Shown here: positions 43,748-56,109 of the stretch, in pieces
How positions within the stretch are numbered: the stretch's first letter is position 1
How the letters are laid out: every line of letters begins with the position of its first letter
DNA from: an uncultured Nitrospinota bacterium
GTDB taxonomy: Bacteria > Tectomicrobia > Entotheonellia > J063 > CAVPRW01
Direction: 5' to 3'
Length of the DNA stretch: 64,000 nt
Assembly: GCA_963707985.1 (NCBI GenBank)
Contig: CAVPRW010000037.1
Location: forward strand, 1-64,000
Made by a program: the position numbers and the translations under genes
The notes under the pieces: model-generated
Database searches by the model: none
Told to the model about the DNA's origin: nothing
What the model saw: only the letters and a program-made list of their open reading frames with translations

Positions 43748-44143
43748 CTAGCCTACGGATGCGCCATGGTGCGGTGCGACGCCAGCAACCTCCCGGCTTA
43801 GATCTACTCTGGGCGCATTGGCCCACAAGCGTTCGAGATCATAATACTCTCTCGTCTCCTGCGAGAATACGTGCACGATCACGTCGCTGTAATCCATCAG
43901 AATCCAATTCCCTTGGCGATATCCTTCAACGCCAAGTGATGCAAGCCCCAAGGGCCCTAACTCTTCATCGATGGCATCGGCAATCGCACGGACCTGTCGT
44001 TCGGAGCCACCGCTACAGATGAGAAAATAGTCCGTAATCGATGAGGCCTCTCGCATATCAATAACCATGACATCCATCGCTTTCCTGTCAGCGACAATCC
44101 GACTCATCAGAGCCGCTTTTTCTTCAGCACTTAGCCCTCCCAT
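43748..44143 (-). CDS. rsfS: Ribosome silencing factor
   Basis: DYFLICSGGSERQVRAIAD, WILMDYSDVIVHVF, YYDLERLW. Confidence 0.95.
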   Translation of the reverse strand: MGGLSAEEKAALMSRIVADRKAMDVMVIDMREASSITDYFLICSGGSERQVRAIADAIDEELGPLGLASLGVEGYRQGNWILMDYSDVIVHVFSQETREYYDLERLWANAPRVDLSREVAGVAPHHGASVG

Positions 44144-44152
44144 AGTTTCTCC

Positions 44153-44830
44153 TCAGCGATAGAGTTGATATTTTCGGATATACGCATCCACTGAATCAGG
44201 TAACAGATAACGAATCGACCGTCCGTTTTTCACACGCTGCCGGATCTCAGTTGATGAAATGTCAAATCCCGAAACCTCTTGGAGATAAATCTGATAAGGG
44301 GTACCCCGCACCTGAAAGCCAGGGGCACCGAGCATCTGTCTTGTGGCCATCGATTCAAAGCTTGAGTGCGGATGGATCTCTGATACCTGCCGGAGGGTAG
44401 CTGGGACCAGTTCGTGGAAGTTGTATCCCGGTCGACTCGTCACGATAGTGTGACAGCTTCCCAATAACACATCCGGTTGCCTCCAAGCGGCGATATCGGC
44501 AAACGCGTCGACACCCACGATGAAATAGATAGCTTTCTGCTCCTGGTACAGGTCTTTAAGTTGGGCGACCGTGTCGACGGTATACGATGCACCGGGCCGA
44601 TCAAGCTCCACGGACGATACGGCGAACTGGGGATGGAAGATCGTGGCCAACATGGTCATCATGAGCCGATGCCGCGGGTCGGTGATTTCAGCCAGATCCT
44701 TATGCGGCGGGACCGCAGCCGGTACGAACACCACCGTGTCCAGTGCGAAGCCCTCACAAACCTCATTGGCCGCGGCCAGGTGTCCATAATGTATGGGGTT
44801 AAAGGTTCCCCCCATCACGCCCAGTCGCAC
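44153..44830 (-). CDS. nadD: Nicotinate-nucleotide adenylyltransferase
   Basis: GGTFNPIHYGH, PPHK, SYTVDT, ISSTEIR. Confidence 0.96.
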   Translation of the reverse strand: MRLGVMGGTFNPIHYGHLAAANEVCEGFALDTVVFVPAAVPPHKDLAEITDPRHRLMMTMLATIFHPQFAVSSVELDRPGASYTVDTVAQLKDLYQEQKAIYFIVGVDAFADIAAWRQPDVLLGSCHTIVTSRPGYNFHELVPATLRQVSEIHPHSSFESMATRQMLGAPGFQVRGTPYQIYLQEVSGFDISSTEIRQRVKNGRSIRYLLPDSVDAYIRKYQLYR

Positions 44831-44886
44831 CTTCGACCTCCGAAAGTCTCCTGCAGCACCTTGCCAACCATCGCGAGCGGCCGATT

Positions 44887-46161
44887 CTAGCCTCGAACCT
44901 GGCCCTCTCCATACACGATATATTTCAGTGATGTGAGAGACTCCAATCCCATGGGACCGCGTGCATGGAGTTTTTGCGTGCTGATTCCGAGCTCTGCTCC
45001 AAAACCAAACTCATGGCCATCGGTGAAGCGAGTCGACGCATTGACGAAGACCGCTGCCGAATCAACTTCATGAAGAAAGCGGCGTGCCTTCTGATAATTC
45101 GTGGTGATGATGCTCTCTGCGAGCTTCGAGCCGTACCGCGCGATGTGGTCTAGGGCATCGTCCAAACTGTTAACGACTCTCACCGACAAAATCAGATCGA
45201 GGTACTCAGTGTCCCAATCCTCTTCGGTCGCGCCAAGGACCCATGGCACGATGCGAAGAGTCTCTGGACAACCGCGAACCTCAACCCCGGCCGTCTTGAG
45301 TTGGTCACAAAATGCAGGGAGGAAGCGCACGGCCACGTCGCGATGCACAAGCAGGGTCTCCATGGCATTGCACACACTGGGGCGCTGGACTTTGGCATTG
45401 AATGCCACCAGAGACGCCATCGCGAGATCGGCCTCAACATCGATATAGGTATGACATAGCCCCTTGTCGTGCTTGATAACCGGAACGCGGGAATGTTCAA
45501 CAACTGTGCGAATGAACTCTTCGCCCCCACGAGCGACGACCAAATCCACATATCTATCCTTCTTCAGAAGCTCAAAGATGGCACTCCTATCCGTGATCGG
45601 GACCATCTGCAGGGCATCCTCTGGTATCCCAGCTGCTACCGCGGCCTTTGACAACACCTCGCTGAGCGCGAGATTGGATTGGATCGCTTCGGAGCCGCCA
45701 CGCAAGATTACAGCATTCCCTGATTTCAAACAGAGACCGGCGGCATCAGAGGTCACATTCGGGCGGGATTCATAAAGAAAGGCGATGACGCCGAGCGGTA
45801 TCCTCATCATGCCGATTTCAAGCCCATTCGGCCGACGCCACATGTGCGTCACCTCACCAATTGGGTCTGCCAAGGCTGCGACCTCCCGCAATCCGCGTGC
45901 CATGTCACTGATGCGCTGCGGGGTGAGGCGTAATCGATCAACCATAGCGGAGGAAAGCCCATGATCTCGCGCGCGTTCGACGTCAAGGGCATTAAGAGCT
46001 GTCAGAGCAGCCTCTTCCGCTTCGAGCGTTGTGGCCATTCGCATCAAGGCGTCATTTTTGACACCGCTCGGCAGTTTAGCCAGCTGACGCGCAGCTAACT
46101 GCGCACGCTCGACCAAGTGCTGCACTAGCTCTGTGATCTCATCTACCGACACAGTCCCCAT
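44887..46161 (-). CDS. proA: Gamma-glutamyl phosphate reductase
   Basis: YESRPNVT, LRGGSEA, VCNAMETLL, NASTRFTDG, STQKLHARGP. Confidence 0.97.
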   Translation of the reverse strand: MGTVSVDEITELVQHLVERAQLAARQLAKLPSGVKNDALMRMATTLEAEEAALTALNALDVERARDHGLSSAMVDRLRLTPQRISDMARGLREVAALADPIGEVTHMWRRPNGLEIGMMRIPLGVIAFLYESRPNVTSDAAGLCLKSGNAVILRGGSEAIQSNLALSEVLSKAAVAAGIPEDALQMVPITDRSAIFELLKKDRYVDLVVARGGEEFIRTVVEHSRVPVIKHDKGLCHTYIDVEADLAMASLVAFNAKVQRPSVCNAMETLLVHRDVAVRFLPAFCDQLKTAGVEVRGCPETLRIVPWVLGATEEDWDTEYLDLILSVRVVNSLDDALDHIARYGSKLAESIITTNYQKARRFLHEVDSAAVFVNASTRFTDGHEFGFGAELGISTQKLHARGPMGLESLTSLKYIVYGEGQVRG

Positions 46162-46256
46162 GATGACGTATCTCCCCATCATCTACGCACGAAAGCATAA
46201 GCGACATTCATGCCCCTTCGGAGCAGCTGGCGCGGAGTAGCTGCGCACCCAGTTGG

Positions 46257-48690
<2,434 letters not shown>

Positions 48691-48711
48691 GGCGCTTTCT
48701 CCATGTACTCG

Positions 48712-49044
48712 TTAAGGCTGATCACCAGCTGCACCAGTGACGATCTCATTCACGCGGAGAAGTGTTTGCGACTGACGATGGCCTTGCCGTTTCTGGTAGC
48801 CTTTGCGTCGTTTGTGCTTATAGATGAGGACCTTGGGTCCGCGCTCTTGCCGAACGATGGTGCCTATCACGCGAGATCGCTCAAGCTGTGGCTGTCCGAC
48901 AATGACCTGGTTCCCCTCGGCAATCATCAGCACCGACGCAATCTCAACTCGATCTCCTGCGGCGCCATTGAGTTTTTCGATCGTTACCAGGTCCCCTTGT
49001 GAGACGCGATATTGTTTCCCTCCAGTCTGGATAACAGCGTACAT
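48712..49044 (-). CDS. rplU: 50S ribosomal protein L21
   Basis: [24 protein letters not shown]. Confidence 0.98.
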   Translation of the reverse strand: MYAVIQTGGKQYRVSQGDLVTIEKLNGAAGDRVEIASVLMIAEGNQVIVGQPQLERSRVIGTIVRQERGPKVLIYKHKRRKGYQKRQGHRQSQTLLRVNEIVTGAAGDQP

Positions 49045-49238
49045 ACGACTCCCACCTCTTTATGACGCGATTGGTGTCTCTCGAGCGCTATGCAGTGCGG
49101 CAAATATAGCAAAAGATGAGCCAGAAGTCAATTTGGCGCGACCAGCGGACACACTGGTGGTACCATTCTCGGGACCTGTGGTCGCTCCTAGGGATCAGTC
49201 AACACCAGTAAACAATCAGCGATCGTACCCCGTTAGGC

Positions 49239-49421
49239 TTATCCCCGGCCCCTCTCATCATGGATACGCACAAACCACGCTACACCGAAGGCCAGCAGCA
49301 CCATACCGATGAGGGCCACCGTTCCCGCCAGGGAATCAGCGCCAACTATGCCCGTAACGATAATGACGGGGAGTAGGATCGCCAGAATAACCACGACGGC
49401 TATGGCGACCCAGGTCAACAC
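49239..49421 (-). CDS. Small two-TM membrane protein
   Basis: LTWVAIAVVVILAILLPVIIVTG..TVALIGMVLLAFGVAWFV. Confidence 0.6.
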   Translation of the reverse strand: MLTWVAIAVVVILAILLPVIIVTGIVGADSLAGTVALIGMVLLAFGVAWFVRIHDERGRG

Positions 49422-49479
49422 CTTCTTGCCTCTCTCTAGCACTGCAGGCTCACACCTCTGTCGGTCCGCAAACAATGGT

Positions 49480-50514
49480 CTAATACACGGTCTTCCGCAG
49501 TACTTCAAGGGTCTGTTCGATCCCCTCTTTTGAAACGTCGAGGTGGGTTACCGCACGGATGCTGGTGGGGCCGGTGCCGAGCATAAGAACGCCTGCCGTT
49601 CTGAGCCGATCAAGCAAAGTACCCACGGTGAGCCCAGGCCGACGGACGTCAAAGTAGAGAATATTGGTCACGACCGCATTGACATCGATGTCGAGCCCAT
49701 CGATATCGGCAATCCCCAGCGCCAGTCGCTTGGCGTTCAAGTGATCTTCGGCCAGCCGTTCGACGTTGTGCTCAAGGGCATAGATCCCTGCTGCGGCCAG
49801 GAACCCAGCTTGCCGCATCCCCCCTCCGAATTGCTTACGAAAGCGATGGGCCTTGGCCACAAACTCCTCCGAACCGATGACCAGTGACCCCACGGGGGCG
49901 CCCAGTCCCTTGGATAGGCACAGGGTGCACGAGTCAAAATACTGAGCATAATCCTTGGGGGTTAACCCTGTGGCGACACAGGCGTTCATGAGGCGCGCCC
50001 CGTCAAGGTGCAAGGGCACGTTGACGGAACGAGCGAATTCGCGGATGGCACGGATATTCTCCAATGGCCAGATACTCCCACCGCCGCGATTGTGGGTGTT
50101 TTCCAAGCAGATGAGAGCGGTAGGAGCATGGTGCACATTCGGGGTGCGCACCACGGGTCTGATCTGCTCCACGTCCATGATGCCATGTTCACCATCGATC
50201 AAGTTCACCTGCACGCCGGCCAGCGCAGCTAACGCACCTGCCTCGGAGTTGAAGGGGTGTGAGGTCCGCTCCATGATGACTTCATCGCCATGATGCGTTT
50301 GTGCCCGGATAGCAACTTGATTCGCCATGGTACCCGACGCCACATACAACGCGGCGTCTTTGCCGTACAGCGCCGCCACCATCTCTTCGAGACGATTGAT
50401 CGACGGGTCCTCGTGGAAGACATCATCTCCCACCTCGGCCTCAGCCATTGCCCGGCGCATACCCGGCGACGGCTTGGTCACGGTGTCGCTGCGTAGATCT
50501 ACAAGTTCCGGCAT
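49480..50514 (-). CDS. ltaE: Low-specificity L-threonine aldolase
   Basis: DLRSDTVTKP, SGTMANQ, HLDGAR, CLSKGLGAP, GGGMRQAG. Confidence 0.96.
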   Translation of the reverse strand: MPELVDLRSDTVTKPSPGMRRAMAEAEVGDDVFHEDPSINRLEEMVAALYGKDAALYVASGTMANQVAIRAQTHHGDEVIMERTSHPFNSEAGALAALAGVQVNLIDGEHGIMDVEQIRPVVRTPNVHHAPTALICLENTHNRGGGSIWPLENIRAIREFARSVNVPLHLDGARLMNACVATGLTPKDYAQYFDSCTLCLSKGLGAPVGSLVIGSEEFVAKAHRFRKQFGGGMRQAGFLAAAGIYALEHNVERLAEDHLNAKRLALGIADIDGLDIDVNAVVTNILYFDVRRPGLTVGTLLDRLRTAGVLMLGTGPTSIRAVTHLDVSKEGIEQTLEVLRKTVY

Positions 50515-50598
50515 TCGTTGCCCCCCTCCTCACGCTGCGCAGGCACACTGATTGGTATCATACCCTTCATGCAGCGATGCGGCTGCCATCCATGGGTC

Positions 50599-51432
50599 TC
50601 AATTGGGCCACTCACCCCGAAAAACCTCTACGGCTGGACCAGTCATATACACATGCTGGTCAACGGCCCATTCGACCTCGAGGTCACCCCCCAGGAGGTG
50701 AACGGTGACGCGACGATCAGTCTTGCCGTTGAGAACTGACGCAACCGTAGCGGCACAGGCCCCCGTACCGCAGGCCAGCGTTTCCCCGGAGCCGCGCTCC
50801 CAGGTACGCTGGCGGATCTCCCGCTGATTGAGCCATTCGATCCATTCGACATTGGTGCGCTGAGGAAACTGCGGATGGTGTTCCAGCAGGGAACCATAGT
50901 GGGACACCGCGAACTGGGCCACATCATCGACATAGACGACGCAGTGGGGATTCCCCATGGACACGCACGTCACCGCAAACTCCCGATCTCCAGCGGTGAG
51001 CGTCTCCCCGAGCACCAGATCACCGTCACCACACATGGGAATATCCTGCCGACGCAGCCGAGGCATGCCCATGTTCACCCTCACCTTTTCGACTGCATCA
51101 CGGGCCATGGTTAGCAGTTCGAGGGACAGCACTCCCGCCAGCGTCTCAACCGTGATCTCCGACTTCCGACTGATACCCGATTCATAGGCATACTTCGCCA
51201 CGCAACGAATACCGTTGCCGCACATTTGCGCTTCGCTGCCGTCGGCATTAAACATGCGCATGCGAACATCGGCCTTCTCTGAGGGCATGATCAGAATCAG
51301 CCCGTCCCCTCCCACCCCAAAGTGGCGGTCGCTCATCTGGACGGCTAACCTCTCTGGCTCCGACACCGTCTCTCGAAAGCAATCGATGTACACATAGTCA
51401 TTCCCAATCCCGTGCATCTTAATAAACCGCAT
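50599..51432 (-). CDS. dapF: Diaminopimelate epimerase
   Basis: KMHGIGNDY, MCGNGIRC, SMGNPH, ERGSGETLACGTGA. Confidence 0.97.
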   Translation of the reverse strand: MRFIKMHGIGNDYVYIDCFRETVSEPERLAVQMSDRHFGVGGDGLILIMPSEKADVRMRMFNADGSEAQMCGNGIRCVAKYAYESGISRKSEITVETLAGVLSLELLTMARDAVEKVRVNMGMPRLRRQDIPMCGDGDLVLGETLTAGDREFAVTCVSMGNPHCVVYVDDVAQFAVSHYGSLLEHHPQFPQRTNVEWIEWLNQREIRQRTWERGSGETLACGTGACAATVASVLNGKTDRRVTVHLLGGDLEVEWAVDQHVYMTGPAVEVFRGEWPN

Positions 51433-51443
51433 GGTCCTCCTCA

Positions 51444-52955
51444 CTACTGATGGGCATTCCAGTCTAACACCATTTGCGTGAGCAAGCGCACACCCACGCC
51501 AGTGCCGCCCTTCGGTTTATAGGGCTGCTCGCGATCGGCCCACGCCGTGCCGGCAATATCTAAGTGCACCCACGGATAGCCATCGACGAATTTGGACAGG
51601 AACGCGGCGCCAGCGATCGTACCGGCCGCCCGCCCCATGCCGACGTTCTTGACATCTGCAACGTCGCTTTTGACATGCTCCAGATATTCATCCCACAGCG
51701 GCAGCTGCCAGACACGCTCACCCGTGCGCAACCCTGCCTGACGCAGGCGGTCCATGCATTCTTCACCCTGGGGGTTGCCCATCATGCCGATAGCCTCGTG
51801 ACCAAGCGCCACTACACAGGCGCCGGTCAGCGTCGCCAAATCGACGCAGACGGCAGGTTTATAGCGCGCCGCATAGGCCAGGGCATCACCAAGGATGAGT
51901 CGGCCTTCGGCGTCGGTATTGATGATTTCGGCGGTCTTACCATTCATTGCCCGATGCACGTCGCCCGGCTTGGTGGCCTTGCCGCTGGGAAGGTTTTCCG
52001 TGGCTGGAACGAGCCCGATGACATTCTGCGGTATTTTCAGTAGGGCCGTGGCGCGTAATGCCCCGATCACCGCTGCGCCGCCAGACATATCGTACTTCAT
52101 ACGCTCCATACCATCAGCGGGTTTGATCGAGATCCCACCGCTATCGAAAGTAATCCCCTTGCCAATGAATACAAGGTTGCCCTGTCCGCGCTTGCCGCCG
52201 CGGTACTCCAGGATAATGAACTTGGGTGGCTCCTCGCTGCCTTGGGCTACCCCTAATAATAGGCCCATGCCCAGTTTTTCCATATCTTTGCGATCGAGGA
52301 CTTCACACTTCAGCTGACAGTCTTTGGCCATCTGACGGGCCTGCTCTGCCAGGATGGTCGGGGTCATCTCATTGGACGGGTGATTAATCAATGAACGTGC
52401 AAAATTGGCCGACTCTCCGAAAATGCGCCCGACCTCCGCCCCTTGTCGGATCGCTTTGGCCTGCTCTCGATCGCTGGCAATGAGCGTTACGCTGGTTATC
52501 TCCCGACGGTCGTTCTCCTCAGTTTTGAACTTGTCAAAGCGATACAGCCCCAGAATCATCCCTTCAGTCACGGCCTGAGCTACCTCGGACGGTCCGATGG
52601 TCGGTTCGGCACCCTCAATGGTGACAGCGAGAGTGCTAGCGCGCAGTCCCCTGGCATATTGCGCCGCGCTCCCAGCCGCTTGCCGCAATCCTTCAAGCGT
52701 CAGTTTCTCGGGTTTTCCCAGGCCGACGAGTACTACTTTCTTGGCTTTCAGCCGTCCTTGGGTCTGCAAGATCGACTGTTGTTTGGGTTTCCCGGAAAAT
52801 TCCCCCTCCTGTCGCAGCGCCGTGACCGCACCATCCAGGGCCTTGTCAATCATGGCCGCAGCGCCCTGGGGTGTGGCATCACCCTCGTACAGCATCAAAA
52901 CCATTGCATCGACCGACTCTTTGTCGATTCCTCCCGTCTTAACTAGTACCTCCAT
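51444..52955 (-). CDS. pepA: Leucyl aminopeptidase (M17)
   Basis: GKGITFDSGG, MKYDMSG, NTDAEGRL, LATLTGA, HLDIAG. Confidence 0.97.
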   Translation of the reverse strand: MEVLVKTGGIDKESVDAMVLMLYEGDATPQGAAAMIDKALDGAVTALRQEGEFSGKPKQQSILQTQGRLKAKKVVLVGLGKPEKLTLEGLRQAAGSAAQYARGLRASTLAVTIEGAEPTIGPSEVAQAVTEGMILGLYRFDKFKTEENDRREITSVTLIASDREQAKAIRQGAEVGRIFGESANFARSLINHPSNEMTPTILAEQARQMAKDCQLKCEVLDRKDMEKLGMGLLLGVAQGSEEPPKFIILEYRGGKRGQGNLVFIGKGITFDSGGISIKPADGMERMKYDMSGGAAVIGALRATALLKIPQNVIGLVPATENLPSGKATKPGDVHRAMNGKTAEIINTDAEGRLILGDALAYAARYKPAVCVDLATLTGACVVALGHEAIGMMGNPQGEECMDRLRQAGLRTGERVWQLPLWDEYLEHVKSDVADVKNVGMGRAAGTIAGAAFLSKFVDGYPWVHLDIAGTAWADREQPYKPKGGTGVGVRLLTQMVLDWNAHQ

Positions 52956-53134
52956 GCCAGCCCCCCCATACCAACAGGATCGCGTCGTGTCGTGCCAACC
53001 GCAAAACGCCTACTCGATATCCTGAAAACCTGCAACCAATCAGCTACCACCATAGGCCATGTCTTGCTGAGCTCTGTTGGCGCAGCAAGATATCACCTGA
53101 GATAACGATTTGCAAATGTCCGTGCTACCCGGCC

Positions 53135-53635
53135 TCAGGGGGTTTCGTTCAGGACACCTGTCCCGGCCGTCTGTCGGCGTTTGGACGGTTTTGGCGCGGG
53201 CGCTTTAGGGGGTTCTTGCGGCACCAGGGCGAGCTGTTGCCCAGGGCTGCGACCCTGTGTTGTAGGCTCGAGAGGAGCGCTAGGAGCGCGGGATTCGGAA
53301 ACAGCTGTGCCGTTGCCATCCCGTTTCCGCCGTTTACGCCCCGTCAACGCATCGAGGGGTAGGCTGTCGACCTCAAGGACCGGCACCAGTTGACTCCCCA
53401 CCTTCACCACACCAGGCTTCCCGGCCCGGGTAGACTCTTCGCCCAACAGCGCCCGAAAGAGACCTCCAAGCTTGTTGTCCGTCGTCTCGATCTGAATGCT
53501 GTATGGCTGCGCACGCGAACGCAACGCAAAGGCCACCGCTACCTTCCCACGATCGCGATGCTCGATACACTCGACGAGATATTCTCCATCAGCAATCAAC
53601 TCGCGAATCACCTGGGCCACAACCACCAATCCCAT
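53135..53635 (-). CDS. Hypothetical protein with basic, low-complexity tail
   Basis: ATG after AGGGAGGG; globular-looking N-terminal half, RKRRKR and Pro-rich tail. Confidence 0.6.
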   Translation of the reverse strand: MGLVVVAQVIRELIADGEYLVECIEHRDRGKVAVAFALRSRAQPYSIQIETTDNKLGGLFRALLGEESTRAGKPGVVKVGSQLVPVLEVDSLPLDALTGRKRRKRDGNGTAVSESRAPSAPLEPTTQGRSPGQQLALVPQEPPKAPAPKPSKRRQTAGTGVLNETP

Positions 53636-53776
53636 AAGGCCCTCCCTTTCTTTAATCTCCCTCAATTTGAAAAGTTGAACACTCGATCTTCAAACGCGCT
53701 TTTCCCGTGCACAGAGTCTCAAGGCCATGGGCCATGGCCGACAAAGCGGAAAACTCACCTAGCCGCAAGTGACACT

Positions 53777-53977
53777 TTACTGGATAGGGGACTGGGGAGC
53801 ACCTGAATCGGAGGGAGGTGGTTGCCTTGTGGGGAGCTGGAGAGTCATGCCCGCTTCCGCATCATGTGCTGCCAACGAAGGCTGCTCCTCATCGTACCCA
53901 CAGGCGGGGCAGACTAACCCCTCACAGCAAAAATATGGGACGGTCAAGCCACACGCCGGGCATGCTGTCGTTGCCAT
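53777..53977 (-). CDS. Small zinc-ribbon protein
   Basis: AGGAGG RBS; CPACG..CC..CPACG. Confidence 0.65.
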   Translation of the reverse strand: MATTACPACGLTVPYFCCEGLVCPACGYDEEQPSLAAHDAEAGMTLQLPTRQPPPSDSGAPQSPIQ

Positions 53978-54357
53978 AAGTCATCCTCCTTCCTGTGGGA
54001 AAGACCCAAATTCATCTATACTGTGATGCCTTATCTATGGCTTTGATGCCTTCACGGCTTCCATAGTCCACGTGGACACTCGTGTCTCGTGACGAGTGTC
54101 TAGATAAACATCCGATGATATCCTGGTCAATTCCAGCTACATCTTAGCCTACCAAAAGCCTATCGAAGCAGCCCTTCACTGTCAAGCACAAGGGCCAGAG
54201 TGAAATTCGTTTGTGTTTGGAGAGGAGGGACGATACACTGGCCTCACCGATCCGCACTGTAGGCCAGAGCCTCTGCGATAGCCGAGGGGCGGCTGCCGTG
54301 CGCCACGGCAGCCGTTTGGCCACAGTCATCCCTAACGCCAACCCATGGGGGGACCGT

Positions 54358-56109
54358 ATGATGGAACAACCGAACCCTGCTCCACATCGTCCGTTGATTA
54401 TGGGCACTCAGCAAGCCGTTTCTACTGGCCATTACCTCGCCACGGTTGTCGCCATGCGCATCCTCGACCGGGGTGGAAATGCCGTCGATGCTGGAGTGGC
54501 CGCCGGTCTCTGCTTGGGTGTGCTGTATCCTGACATGGTCAGCGTCGCCGGGGTGGCCCCGATCATTTTTTATCATGCTGACCGCCAGGAGGTTACCACC
54601 ATCAGTGGCCTGGGACGCTGGCCCCGTCACGCCAGCGCTGAGTATTTCCAGGAGCACTGTGGCGGGAAAATCCCCCACGGCATCCTTCGCACCGTGGTTC
54701 CTGCAGCCCCAGATGCCTGGATTACCGCCCTCGACAGGTACGGCACGATGCGCTTCGCCGATGTCGCGGAAGGCGCTATAGCCCTGTGCGAGGAGGGCTA
54801 TCCGGCGCATCGCTTGATGTGCGAGATCATCTCTGAACATGCCAGTGAATACGCCGAGTGGGACAGTTCTGCCGCCATCTTTCTCGCACGCGGGCGCCCA
54901 CCGCAAGAGGGCGAACGGTTCTATCAAAAAGATCTCGGCCATACGCTCCGGCTGATGGTGGCAGCCGAACATGCGAGGCGCTTTGCCGGGCGCACGGCGG
55001 CGCTGAATGCCGCCCGTGAAGAGTTTTATCAAGGGCAAATCGCTGACACCCTGATTCGCTATCATGAGACTCATGGTGGGTTGTTGACCCGTCAGGATTT
55101 AGCCGAATTTCGGGTCCAGATTGAACCTCCGGTGTCAACACGATTCCATGGGTATGAGGTCTATACCTGCGGTCCATGGTGTCAAGGTCCCGTGCTGCCG
55201 CAGGTGCTCAATCTGTTGGAAGGCGTTGACCTGCCGGCGATGACACATAATAGCCCAGAATATCTCCATCTTCTTGTCGAAGCCCTTAAGCTCGTGTATG
55301 CCGATCGCGAGCGCTATTATGGGGATCCGGAATTTGTCGATGTCCCGATCGACGGTTTGCTGTCCAAAGCCTATGCCAAGGAGCGTGCCCAGCAGATCGA
55401 CCCTGAAAAAGCCCATCCCGAAATGCCCCCCTATGGCAATCCCTGGAGCTATAGCCACCAACCACGCGGCTGGCAGAGGACCTCCAAGTCATCTCAGACC
55501 GCAGTCGACGAGGGGCCTGAGTCCCTCGACACCAGCTATCTGTGCGTTGTCGATCGCTATGGCAACGTCTTCTCTGCCACCCCCAGCGATGGGTCACCAG
55601 GGTCCCCGGTGATCCCTGGGCTCGGCTTCGTCGCCTCTTCGCGCGGGTCTCAATCCTGGGCTGATCCCGGCCATGCGAGCTCGATCCAGCCCTGGAAGCG
55701 TCCGCGGCTGACCCCCAATCCGGCTCTGGTTCTTAAGGATGGCAAGCCCTTTATGGCATTTGGTACACCGGGTGGTGATGTCCAGAGCCAAGCCATGCTG
55801 CAAACTTTCTTGAACATCGTCTGCTTCGGATTCGATCCACAGCAGGCCGTGGAAGCACCACGGGTGGCCTCAGCGAGCTTCCCGAACTCATTCGAGCCTC
55901 ATGTCTATCACCCTGGCCGCTTGAATGTAGAGACGAGTATCTCCGCGGCAACGCGGGCTGACCTGGAACGAAAAGGGCATAAACTGCACCTTTGGCCCGA
56001 ACGTGAGTGGCGTGCGGGGGCCGTAAGCGCCGTCGTCCTCGATCCTGAGACAGGAGTGTTGAAGGCCGCGGCCGATCCCCGCCGTATGAACTATGCCCTA
56101 GCTTGGTGA
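54358..56109 (+). CDS. ggt: Gamma-glutamyltransferase family protein
   Basis: GGNAVDAGVAA, VPAAP, DTSYLCVVDRYGN (Thr nucleophile), FGTPGGDVQ, AADPRR. Confidence 0.93.
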   Translation: MMEQPNPAPHRPLIMGTQQAVSTGHYLATVVAMRILDRGGNAVDAGVAAGLCLGVLYPDMVSVAGVAPIIFYHADRQEVTTISGLGRWPRHASAEYFQEHCGGKIPHGILRTVVPAAPDAWITALDRYGTMRFADVAEGAIALCEEGYPAHRLMCEIISEHASEYAEWDSSAAIFLARGRPPQEGERFYQKDLGHTLRLMVAAEHARRFAGRTAALNAAREEFYQGQIADTLIRYHETHGGLLTRQDLAEFRVQIEPPVSTRFHGYEVYTCGPWCQGPVLPQVLNLLEGVDLPAMTHNSPEYLHLLVEALKLVYADRERYYGDPEFVDVPIDGLLSKAYAKERAQQIDPEKAHPEMPPYGNPWSYSHQPRGWQRTSKSSQTAVDEGPESLDTSYLCVVDRYGNVFSATPSDGSPGSPVIPGLGFVASSRGSQSWADPGHASSIQPWKRPRLTPNPALVLKDGKPFMAFGTPGGDVQSQAMLQTFLNIVCFGFDPQQAVEAPRVASASFPNSFEPHVYHPGRLNVETSISAATRADLERKGHKLHLWPEREWRAGAVSAVVLDPETGVLKAAADPRRMNYALAW

